Shown: positions 16,731 to 24,347 of the stretch, one piece after another
Numbering within the stretch: position 1 is the first letter of the stretch
Layout of the letters: each line of letters begins with the position of its first letter
Assembly (NCBI GenBank): GCA_001695645.1
Contig: LVZN01000006.1
Location: 1-32,000 of the forward strand
DNA: 32,000 nucleotides
Direction of reading: 5' to 3'
Source of the DNA: Erysipelotrichaceae bacterium MTC7
GTDB lineage: Bacteria > Bacillota_I > Bacilli_A > Erysipelotrichales > Erysipelotrichaceae
Translations under genes and position numbers: made by a program
Notes under the pieces: generated by a model
What the model saw: the letters and a program-made list of their open reading frames with translations, nothing else
Databases searched by the model: none
Told to the model about the DNA's origin: nothing

Positions 16731-17393
16731 TTAGAATTGATTATTAATTATCGATTCGATTTCTTTAGCATCTTTTACAATATATGTTGCATGGTAGTCT
16801 TGCAGTTCCTCTTTGTCACGAAAACCCCACAGTACCCCTATGCTATCCATATTTGCATTCTCAGCTGTTTGCATATCGGTCTTTGAATCCCCGACATAAA
16901 GAACCTCAGAACACTTTAACATCATCATATTACGTAATTCGAAAGCTGCCGTCGGATCTGGTTTTTTTGGTATGTTTTTGCGCTCACCAAAACACCCAAC
17001 AAATTCGATATCTGGAAAGTTTTTCTTTACCAAGGAATTTGTATAATCGTTACGTTTATTTGAATTGATAGCCAGTTTCACTCCCTTAGCTTGCAGTGTA
17101 TGCAAGAGTTCCACAATACCAGGATATGGTTTTGTGGTTTTCATGTAATCTTGATCATAGATTTCAAGAAATAAGGAAAGTCCTTCTTCCACAATAGATT
17201 CTGGTGTGTTTTCTGGCATACTTCGTGTCAGTAAATCCTTAAAACCTTTACCAATTTTCTTCTTATATACATCATTTGCATGTACAGGAAAGTGATAATG
17301 TAAAAGAACTTTATTTACACTATTGGCTAAATCACTTAGTGTATCGAGTAATGTTCCATCCAAATCAAAGATGATACCTTTATAATCATTCAC
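16731..17393 (-). CDS. HAD-IA family hydrolase (phosphoglycolate/sugar-phosphate phosphatase-like)
   Basis: The motifs IIFDLDGTLLDT, SNK and VGDSKTDMQTA are present. The start is probably the GTG at 17393, with GAGGAG 7 nt upstream, overlapping the dhaL stop. The alternative is the TTG at 17399. Confidence 0.8.
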   Translation of the reverse strand: MNDYKGIIFDLDGTLLDTLSDLANSVNKVLLHYHFPVHANDVYKKKIGKGFKDLLTRSMPENTPESIVEEGLSLFLEIYDQDYMKTTKPYPGIVELLHTLQAKGVKLAINSNKRNDYTNSLVKKNFPDIEFVGCFGERKNIPKKPDPTAAFELRNMMMLKCSEVLYVGDSKTDMQTAENANMDSIGVLWGFRDKEELQDYHATYIVKDAKEIESIINNQF

Positions 17394-18030
17394 TATCAAG
17401 CTCCTCTATCATTGCACTAGTCATCGTTTGTAAAATGATGCAACAAGATGTAGCACCTGCATCCAAGAAACCGCGACTTCTTTCTCCAAGTCTTGCAGCA
17501 CGCCCAATCTTTGCGACCATGTCTTTGGTGCTTTCTTTACCATCTTCTGCACCTTTTGATAATGCAATCAAGCAATCCTTAAAACTTTTTTGTTGATTCA
17601 TTGCTTGAGTAAACGCATCTGTTGCTGGATACAAAGTATCGAGTAATGTCTTATCACCAATTTTAGCACCCGCAAGTTCCATTAATCCATCGATTGAACT
17701 GTTTAACGCTTCCACCATGACTTCTTTTGTGATTCGTTCTTCCTTCTTAAATCGTCTACTCAACCGTGAAAACATGGTTCCATAAATTGGTCCCATACTA
17801 CCACCAATATCCATAACTAAAGTTCGACCAAGTACTTTGAGGCTTTCCGAAAAATTCATACTTAACTGAATTCTTTCTTTCGCCATCATAAACCCTTTGT
17901 CCATATTTACGCCGTGATCTCCGTCACCAGTTGCGCCATCGATTTCACTTAGATATGCTGCATTCGTGTGAATCGCTTCGATTATTTGTAAAGTAATTTT
18001 TGCATTTTTCTCATTTACAACATATTCCAT
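17386..18030 (-). CDS. dhaL: dihydroxyacetone kinase subunit L (DhaL, nucleotide-binding)
   Basis: The motif GDGDHG is present, length is 214 aa, and the gene lies 1 nt after dhaK. The RBS is AAGGAG. Confidence 0.9.
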   Translation of the reverse strand: MEYVVNEKNAKITLQIIEAIHTNAAYLSEIDGATGDGDHGVNMDKGFMMAKERIQLSMNFSESLKVLGRTLVMDIGGSMGPIYGTMFSRLSRRFKKEERITKEVMVEALNSSIDGLMELAGAKIGDKTLLDTLYPATDAFTQAMNQQKSFKDCLIALSKGAEDGKESTKDMVAKIGRAARLGERSRGFLDAGATSCCIILQTMTSAMIEELDSE

Positions 18031-18031
18031 C

Positions 18032-19042
18032 TTACGTTCTCCTTAGTTGTGTTAAACCCATTGTCTCTACTTCTGCATCCATACATTCTTTTAACTCATC
18101 ATCTACTTTCATTAACGTTAACGTAACTCCATTCATTTCCAAAGAAGTAAAGTAGTTACCTACATACGATTTATAGACGGAAATTCCAAGACTGTCTAAA
18201 TTCTTTGCGACTTCATCAAAGAAGATGTATTGTTCCATCACTGGTGTTGCTCCAAGTCCTGAAACTAGTGCAACAACTTCATCTCCATTTGTAAATGGTA
18301 AATCTTCGACAACTAGCGATACCATCTCTTTTGCAATTTCTGTTGCGGATGCTAGTTTTTCAATACGGATACCCGGTTCGCCATGATGTCCGATTCCAAA
18401 CTCCATCGTTCCTTCAGCAATTGCAAAGTTTGGTTTTCCATTTGCTGGAATGGTACAAGGTCCTAAACCAACCCCTACACTTCTTGTATTATCAATAGCT
18501 TTTTGTGTGGCACGAATCACTTCATCAAGAGTTGCCCCTTGTTCTGCTTTTGCACCTCCAACTTTCCACATCAAAACCTCACCTGCGACACCACGACGTT
18601 TTTTTATATCTTCTTTTGGTGCACTAGCTACATCGTCATTGGCAACAACAACTTTAACTTGGATATCGTCATCTTCAGCTAATTCCATCGCCATTTTGAC
18701 ATTCATATTATCCCCTGCATAATTTCCATACAAGCAAGCGACACCCATGCCTTGATCAACAGCGCGAATGCAATCATAAAATGATTTTGCCGTTGGGGAA
18801 GAAAAGATTTCTCCGACTGCTACTGCATCGACCATACCTTTACCACAGTACCCAACAAATGCAGGTTTATGACCACTTCCTCCTCCGGTAACAATCCCTA
18901 CTTTTTTCTTATCTTTTGCGAAATTTGAAATTACCACACGAGGATTATCATCATCAATATGAATGATATCTTTGTGACAACGTTCAAATCCTTTTAACAT
19001 ATCTTCTACAACCAGACTTGGTTCGTTAATTATTCTTTGCAT
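18032..19042 (-). CDS. dhaK: dihydroxyacetone kinase subunit K (DhaK, substrate-binding)
   Basis: The motifs GGGSGH, NYAGD and GIGHHGEPG align with E. coli DhaK active-site segments as I recall them. I chose the ATG at 19042 (MQRIINEP) because AGGAGGG lies upstream. Confidence 0.9.
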   Translation of the reverse strand: MQRIINEPSLVVEDMLKGFERCHKDIIHIDDDNPRVVISNFAKDKKKVGIVTGGGSGHKPAFVGYCGKGMVDAVAVGEIFSSPTAKSFYDCIRAVDQGMGVACLYGNYAGDNMNVKMAMELAEDDDIQVKVVVANDDVASAPKEDIKKRRGVAGEVLMWKVGGAKAEQGATLDEVIRATQKAIDNTRSVGVGLGPCTIPANGKPNFAIAEGTMEFGIGHHGEPGIRIEKLASATEIAKEMVSLVVEDLPFTNGDEVVALVSGLGATPVMEQYIFFDEVAKNLDSLGISVYKSYVGNYFTSLEMNGVTLTLMKVDDELKECMDAEVETMGLTQLRRT

Positions 19043-19043
19043 G

Positions 19044-19502
19044 CTAACCCTCCTGCTTTGTATATTGCGACTCGATTTCCATAATACGTTCGACTTTAGG
19101 TAAACTTCTTCCTCCTGAAAATTCACAAGTTAACCATGTGTCGATTAATAATTCTGCATATTGTGGGGCAATCACTCTTGCACCCATACACAGCACTTGA
19201 CAGTTATTACTCTTTATACTGCGTTCTAAAGAAAACATATCATGGCAAACAGCCGCACGAATTCCTGGGATTTTGTTTGCAGTAATCGCCATTCCAATTC
19301 CCGTTCCACATAAAAGAATTCCACGATCATGAGAACCATCTGTAATCTTTTTACATAACGTTTGTGCGATGTCTGGATAGCTTGATGGATTTTCATCATA
19401 TACTCCAACATCACTAACTTCTTGTCCTTTATTTACTAAATACGCTTTAATTTGTTCCTTAAGTTTGAATGCTGCTTCATCACAACCGATTACAATTTTC
19501 AT
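19044..19502 (-). CDS. rpiB: RpiB/LacA/LacB family sugar-phosphate isomerase
   Basis: The motifs MKIVIGCDEAAF and GILLCGTGIGMAITANKIPGIRAAVCHD are present. I chose the ATG at 19502 because AAGGAGGG lies upstream. The longer ORF-track start is rejected. Confidence 0.85.
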   Translation of the reverse strand: MKIVIGCDEAAFKLKEQIKAYLVNKGQEVSDVGVYDENPSSYPDIAQTLCKKITDGSHDRGILLCGTGIGMAITANKIPGIRAAVCHDMFSLERSIKSNNCQVLCMGARVIAPQYAELLIDTWLTCEFSGGRSLPKVERIMEIESQYTKQEG

Positions 19503-19521
19503 TCCAACCCTCCTTACTTTT

Positions 19522-19556
19522 AAAAACAAGGATGCAGTATTGCAACTACACCCTTG
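19522..19556 (-). terminator. strong intrinsic-terminator-like hairpin inside the operon, between the bicupin gene and rpiB
   Basis: Minus-strand RNA CAAGGGUGUAGU-UGCAAU-ACUGCAUCCUUG forms a 12-bp stem with two G-U pairs, followed by UUUUUAAAAG. On the plus strand the two G-U positions become A-C mismatches, so the structure is specific to the coding strand. Confidence 0.6.
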
Positions 19557-19563
19557 CTGATTC

Positions 19564-20478
19564 TTATAGTTCTGTAATTGCGAATACAACTTTAATTGGT
19601 TTTGCTTCAAAATTAACTAATTGGTATTTTACGCCAGCTGGAATAAAGAATGTGTCTTCTGGTTCTAAGACAAAACTTTCTTCTAATTCTGATAAGTTAA
19701 CTGTTACTGGTCCTTCAACACAGTACAATGCAGCATCTCCTGTATGTGAGTCAGGATCTGAACATCTTGGCCCATACCCACCTGCTGGTAAGATAAACTC
19801 ACCAAAGTGTCCATAATCATTACTTGTAATGAATCGCATTAACATAGGATGTTTTACACCATGTACGTTATTTAATTTTTCAAAATCTCTTACTGCATAC
19901 ACTGCTCCAGTATCTCTAGCCTCTTTAGCATCAACTGGCCAGTGACCAATGTCATCTGTACATCCTTGACGTGAAATATCTTTGATTACATTGCGCATAT
20001 TTGGTAAGTTATCGTTGTTTGGACCTTTGTAGAATTTTGTTTCTTCTTCTGTAGGAATTACAGCTGGAGGAATTTGTTCGCTCCATGCCTTTGGCGTAAT
20101 GAAGTATAAAATTCGTGCTTTTTGATCAGAGAAGTTATGACAACAGTGCCAAGCTCCTTCTGGCATAAACAATCCTTCACCTGTTTCTAAGTAAGCAAAT
20201 TGGCCATTTCCACTTCTTTGTAGTACCGGTCCGTTTAAAATATAATATGATTCATCTCCAGGATGGACATCAAGTGGAGCAAACACTCCCCCTGGTCCCA
20301 GTTCGTAAATTCCAAGCATGAATGTATCCGTTGTGATCATTGTGAATGTATTGTCTGATGTGAAAGCATCGTTTGGTGGATACAATGCTGTAGAATACTC
20401 ACTCTTTTTAATTAACATTGGTTTTTTGTCTTCTGGTTCGAATGGGAATTTCCCCATGATATCAAATAATTTAGCCAT
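19564..20478 (-). CDS. bicupin (two-cupin-domain) protein of unknown function
   Basis: The N-terminal cupin has HPGDESYYILNG and a perfect motif-2 pattern, GEGLFMPEGAWHCCHN. The second cupin has SHTGDAALYCVEG and a motif 2 without His (FFIPAGVKYQLVN). The RBS is AGAGGAG. Confidence 0.75.
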   Translation of the reverse strand: MAKLFDIMGKFPFEPEDKKPMLIKKSEYSTALYPPNDAFTSDNTFTMITTDTFMLGIYELGPGGVFAPLDVHPGDESYYILNGPVLQRSGNGQFAYLETGEGLFMPEGAWHCCHNFSDQKARILYFITPKAWSEQIPPAVIPTEEETKFYKGPNNDNLPNMRNVIKDISRQGCTDDIGHWPVDAKEARDTGAVYAVRDFEKLNNVHGVKHPMLMRFITSNDYGHFGEFILPAGGYGPRCSDPDSHTGDAALYCVEGPVTVNLSELEESFVLEPEDTFFIPAGVKYQLVNFEAKPIKVVFAITEL

Positions 20479-20488
20479 TTTGTCTCCT

Positions 20489-21520
20489 CTATTCTTCTGT
20501 AGTCACTTCTTGAACTGGTTTCTTTAATACAACTAGTAATGCTGCAGTTACTGCTCCAGCAATGAGTAATGCTAGGATAAACAGCAATGCATTATTTAAG
20601 GCAAACAGTACAAACAATCCACCGTGAGGTGCTCTCATTGTTAAGCCAAATGCATATGAAAGTGCACACCCAACTGCTGAACCTGCCATCAATGATGGAA
20701 TTACACGAATTGGATCTCCAGCTGCAAAAGGAATGGCAAATTCTGTAATCATTCCAAATGCCCCAGCAAATAAACCAGGTAGCGCAGCTCGATCTTCATC
20801 CGTAAATTTCTTTTTAGCAATTAGAATTGCAAAGGCAATTCCTAATGGTGGAGCCATACTTCCGATAAAGTTAGCTGCCATAGGACCAAAGTTTCCTGCT
20901 TCCATTGCAGCTAATGCAAATGCATATGCAACCTTGTTACAAGGTCCACCCATATCAAATGCCAACATACATCCTTGTACAATTCCTAGGATAATTAAGT
21001 TTCCTGTTCCTAAAGAATTAAGCATGTCTGTAAGAGCAGTCGTAAGGAATGTTAATGGTTCCCCAACCACATAAATCATAATTAGTCCGATAGCACCAAC
21101 CCCTAAAATTGGAATGATAAGTGTTGGAAGTAAAGAACGTAATTGTCCTGGTACTGGAATCTTCTTTAATAGATTCACGAGGTACCCAGCGATAATCCCC
21201 GCAATTAAAGCTCCAAGGAATCCAGATCCTTGGTAATCAGCAAGTGCACCACCGACCATACCAACTGCAAGTCCAGGTTTGTCAGCGATTGAATATGCCA
21301 CATAAGCTCCAAGAACTGGAACCATGAGTGCAAACGCTTGTTTTCCTAACCAGAATATTGTTGATGCCAAGTTTCCATATTGTTCAACCGTGTTTGGAAT
21401 GTCATATCCTCCAATTGCAAACCCGATTGCAATCAACACACCACCTGCAATTACAAATGGCAACATGTAGGATACACCTGTCAGTAAAGCACTTTGTATT
21501 TCTCTTAATTTTTCTTTCAT
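20489..21520 (-). CDS. PTS fructose-family EIIC component
   Basis: This is a polytopic membrane protein with a FruA-like N-terminus (LLTGVSYMLPFVIAGGVLIAIGF). I chose the ATG at 21520 because AGGTGA lies upstream. Confidence 0.85.
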   Translation of the reverse strand: MKEKLREIQSALLTGVSYMLPFVIAGGVLIAIGFAIGGYDIPNTVEQYGNLASTIFWLGKQAFALMVPVLGAYVAYSIADKPGLAVGMVGGALADYQGSGFLGALIAGIIAGYLVNLLKKIPVPGQLRSLLPTLIIPILGVGAIGLIMIYVVGEPLTFLTTALTDMLNSLGTGNLIILGIVQGCMLAFDMGGPCNKVAYAFALAAMEAGNFGPMAANFIGSMAPPLGIAFAILIAKKKFTDEDRAALPGLFAGAFGMITEFAIPFAAGDPIRVIPSLMAGSAVGCALSYAFGLTMRAPHGGLFVLFALNNALLFILALLIAGAVTAALLVVLKKPVQEVTTEE

Positions 21521-21553
21521 CTTTCTCACCTTTTTCTTATTATGTTTTTTAAG

Positions 21554-21850
21554 TTATTCTTCAAAAATGATCGAAGGGTTTTGAATGACCGCATGAGGCG
21601 TAAGTTTTCTTATTTTATCTTTATACGCATCGAATCTCTCAATTTTTGAGATTCCTACATCGTTTGCAAAGACAATTATGTCAGCTTCTTTAATATCGAC
21701 ATCCTTAAGTTTGTCTTCAATGCCAAGAGCTCCTTGCATTTCGACTTTGCATTCGTGTCCCTTCTGTTTACATATCTTTTTTATAGCTTCTGCAGCCATA
21801 TATGTATGTGCAATTCCAGTTGCACATGATGTAATTGCTACGATTTTCAT
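21554..21850 (-). CDS. PTS fructose-family EIIB component
   Basis: MKIVAITSCATGIAHTYMAAE carries the phospho-Cys context of EIIB-Fru. Length is 98 aa. Confidence 0.85.
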   Translation of the reverse strand: MKIVAITSCATGIAHTYMAAEAIKKICKQKGHECKVEMQGALGIEDKLKDVDIKEADIIVFANDVGISKIERFDAYKDKIRKLTPHAVIQNPSIIFEE

Positions 21851-21860
21851 ACTGACTCCT

Positions 21861-22334
21861 CTATTTTTCGTATGTCTGTAATTTACTAATAATGTTTTCG
21901 TATGAAGTTTCTTGATCTAAGATTTCTATAACTTCTTGGTGTGTTAGCAATGAGGCTAGTGTTGCTAATACACGCATATAATGATCTGCACCTTGATCCA
22001 TCGAAATTGCAAGCATGAAGATGTATTTGACTTCTCCAACTTCGCCATAACTCTCATACATAAAAGGTTCTTTGCATCGGCAAAATCCGATTGCTGGTAT
22101 TCGTACCGCCTCGCTTTTACCATGTGGCAAACCAATGAAATTTCCCATGTATGTCGAGCCAATCGCTTCACGCTCTTCTAATGATTCGATATATGTATCT
22201 ACATCATCAATAATGTTTGCATCTTTAAATTTATTAGCCATAAACTGAAATGCTTCAGTTTTTGATGCAAATGGTTCATGATCTAAAATGCATGTTTCTT
22301 TGTTTAATACTTCGGCTAAATTTATTGTATCCAT
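21861..22334 (-). CDS. PTS EIIA component (fructose/mannitol family, EIIA-2)
   Basis: The motif GIGLPHGK-like IGLPHGKS carries the phospho-His. Length is 157 aa. Confidence 0.85.
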   Translation of the reverse strand: MDTINLAEVLNKETCILDHEPFASKTEAFQFMANKFKDANIIDDVDTYIESLEEREAIGSTYMGNFIGLPHGKSEAVRIPAIGFCRCKEPFMYESYGEVGEVKYIFMLAISMDQGADHYMRVLATLASLLTHQEVIEILDQETSYENIISKLQTYEK

Positions 22335-22336
22335 AA

Positions 22337-23209
22337 CTATTTTCCGTTTTTAAATACAGTTAACACATCTCTTGCATACCCTCTCATAAACTCGTATGCA
22401 CTCTCTTGAACTTCATGCCAGTAAGCACTACCTTCCGTTTTGTCTAGCTCTTCATAGATATGTTTCGCTGCTGCTTTCGCCATGTAAGAATAGTAGTTGA
22501 TTTTTGAACATCCTGCGCTAATTCCAGCACGCACTTGATCTGCATCAACACCACTTCCACCATGCATAACAATGCGTGTTTCTTTAGGCATTTTTTTACG
22601 CATTTCTTTAACTCTTTCAATATCCAATACTGGAGGTTCTGAGTAAATACCGTGAGCCGTTCCAAAACATACAGCTAATGCATCAACACCAGTGTCTCTT
22701 GCAAATTCTGCAGCTTGATCAGGATCAGTAAACGTAATTTTAATTGATTCGTTATCCCAAACAGTGTCATCTCCATGAGTGTCATCTTCAGTAGAAGTCA
22801 TAATTCCTAATTCTGCTTCAACTGTGATATCTAAGTCATGCGCAAGTTTTGTGAACTCTTTTAATTTTGCTTTGTTTTCTTCATATGGAAGAGTACTTAA
22901 GTCATACATTATTGATGTAAATCCACAACGGATTGCACGCATCACAAAGTTATAGTCACTACCATGGTCAAGGTGTACACATACAGGTACTTTTGCCTTC
23001 TTTGCATATTCAACCATTTTTGGTCCAATTTCCTCAATTGGAATTAATGAATCATGCACTTGTGCATGGTCAATAATGATAGGCACATTTAAATCTTCAG
23101 CTGCACCAATTACCGCACGTAATGTTTCTACATTTGGTGTATTGATACAACCGATGGCATACCCACCTTTTTCTGCTTCCTCTAAAATTTGTTTCATATT
23201 TACTAACAT
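22337..23209 (-). CDS. class II ketose-bisphosphate aldolase family protein (FBA / GatY / KbaY-like)
   Basis: The motifs VHLDHG and MHGGSG are present and the N-terminus is typical of class II aldolases (ILEEAEKGGYAIGCINT). The RBS AGGAGG lies 7 nt upstream. Confidence 0.9.
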   Translation of the reverse strand: MLVNMKQILEEAEKGGYAIGCINTPNVETLRAVIGAAEDLNVPIIIDHAQVHDSLIPIEEIGPKMVEYAKKAKVPVCVHLDHGSDYNFVMRAIRCGFTSIMYDLSTLPYEENKAKLKEFTKLAHDLDITVEAELGIMTSTEDDTHGDDTVWDNESIKITFTDPDQAAEFARDTGVDALAVCFGTAHGIYSEPPVLDIERVKEMRKKMPKETRIVMHGGSGVDADQVRAGISAGCSKINYYSYMAKAAAKHIYEELDKTEGSAYWHEVQESAYEFMRGYARDVLTVFKNGK

Positions 23210-23231
23210 CTAGATTTCCTCCTATACATAT

Positions 23232-24095
23232 CTATTCAATTTCTGACCCTATTTTCCTTAAATTTGCAAGACCCTGAATTGCTAGTTCCTCACCTGTATC
23301 CGCGAACTTTCGCCAAATGGCACAGTTTGCATTCAACTCTTCAAAACTTGGATCAAAACTTTCAATAACACAAGGTCCCTCATATCCAACTTTCTTTAAT
23401 GCAGTGAAGAATTCTTTAAAAGGTACAAGTCCCGTTCCTGGAATCCCACGGTTGTTTTCGCAAACGTGAACATATCCTAGGTATTCTTTTCCACAAGTTT
23501 CAACCGCTTTTGTGTAACTTGTTTCTTCTCGAATCATATGGAAACAATCCAAGTGAACTTGTATATTGCCTGTGCCAACATCCTTACAATAACGAACACC
23601 TTCTTCTGCCGTATTGATAAAATGTGTTTCAAAGCGGTTTACAGGTTCTACACAAATACGTAAATCGGGATGTTGTTCCAATGCATACTCTGCGACTTCT
23701 CGCATCGCTTCAACTGAGTGTTTCCATTCCAATTCAGTTTTGGGTTTTCCACTCAAGCATCCCCAACCTGCATAATTGACTCCCCCTAAAATCTTTGAGC
23801 CAAGTGCTAAATTGATATCCACTAATTTTTTTAATGAATCGATACCATTCAAGCGAATTGCTTCATCATCTGAAATCAGATTGTTGTCGGCATTTAAGGT
23901 CGTTGTCGTCACAATTTCCAAATTTGTTTTCGCTAATTCTTCTTTTACTTTTTCAGTTGGAAAGGTAAATGGATGTGCAATTGCAATATCAATTGTTTCA
24001 AATCCCAATTCTTCTGCTTTCGTAATAATCCATAAATCTTTTTCACTGAATACTTCACTCCAAATAAAGGAATCAACTCCAAATCTTATTCTCAT
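23232..24095 (-). CDS. xylose-isomerase-like TIM barrel protein, ketose 3-epimerase (D-psicose/D-tagatose 3-epimerase) family
   Basis: The block VEPVNRFETHFINTAEEGVRYCKDVGTGNIQVHLDCFHMIREE closely parallels the IEVLNRFENHVLNTAAEGVAFVKDVGKNNVKVMLDTFHMNIEE block of Agrobacterium D-psicose 3-epimerase as I recall it. The RBS is AAGGAGAG. Confidence 0.82.
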   Translation of the reverse strand: MRIRFGVDSFIWSEVFSEKDLWIITKAEELGFETIDIAIAHPFTFPTEKVKEELAKTNLEIVTTTTLNADNNLISDDEAIRLNGIDSLKKLVDINLALGSKILGGVNYAGWGCLSGKPKTELEWKHSVEAMREVAEYALEQHPDLRICVEPVNRFETHFINTAEEGVRYCKDVGTGNIQVHLDCFHMIREETSYTKAVETCGKEYLGYVHVCENNRGIPGTGLVPFKEFFTALKKVGYEGPCVIESFDPSFEELNANCAIWRKFADTGEELAIQGLANLRKIGSEIE

Positions 24096-24138
24096 TTTCT
24101 CTCCTTTCTTACTTTAGAATCACCGGTTACTTCTTTTC

Positions 24139-24167
24139 TAATTCCATCATAAATAACTTTATGTCAA
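24139..24167 (-). promoter_or_regulatory. weak candidate promoter of the island operon (good -35, poor -10)
   Basis: The minus strand reads TTGACA, a 17-nt spacer, then GAATTA, about 45 nt upstream of the epimerase ATG. The poor -10 would be compatible with activator dependence. Confidence 0.3.
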
Positions 24168-24256
24168 ATAGCCAATTTCATAACGTTTAGTTTTGCACTA
24201 GGTCTGGTGCATAAATGATTTAATCAATATAATCCCTTAAACAAAGGTTTTTTGTA

Positions 24257-24330
24257 ATAGGGTAGCGGGAAAGTAAAACCTTTCGCCCCTCCCATTGCAC
24301 CGTACGTACGGTTCTCGTATACGGCGCTAC
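24257..24330 (-). ncRNA. group II intron catalytic domains V and VI
   Basis: Domain V has the AGC triad and a roughly 34-nt hairpin. Domain VI reads GGGAGGGGCGAAAGG..CCCGCTACCCTAT and contains the branch-point A. Confidence 0.8.
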
Positions 24331-24347
24331 ATATGTATTAAGCACGA

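Noticed and set aside
364-21529. Longer N-terminal extensions offered by the ORF track for htpG (2280), MATE (4772), pcp (6878), dhaK (19126), rpiB (19610) and PTS-Fru IIC (21529)
   Set aside because: In each case an internal ATG is preceded by a clear Shine-Dalgarno sequence at 5-8 nt and gives the canonical family N-terminus. The upstream starts are GTG or TTG codons, or lie inside the neighbouring gene or the RBS itself.
24300-24311. 12-nt palindrome CCGTACGTACGG as a protein-binding or restriction-type site
   Set aside because: It is the distal stem of group II intron domain V, so RNA structure explains it fully.
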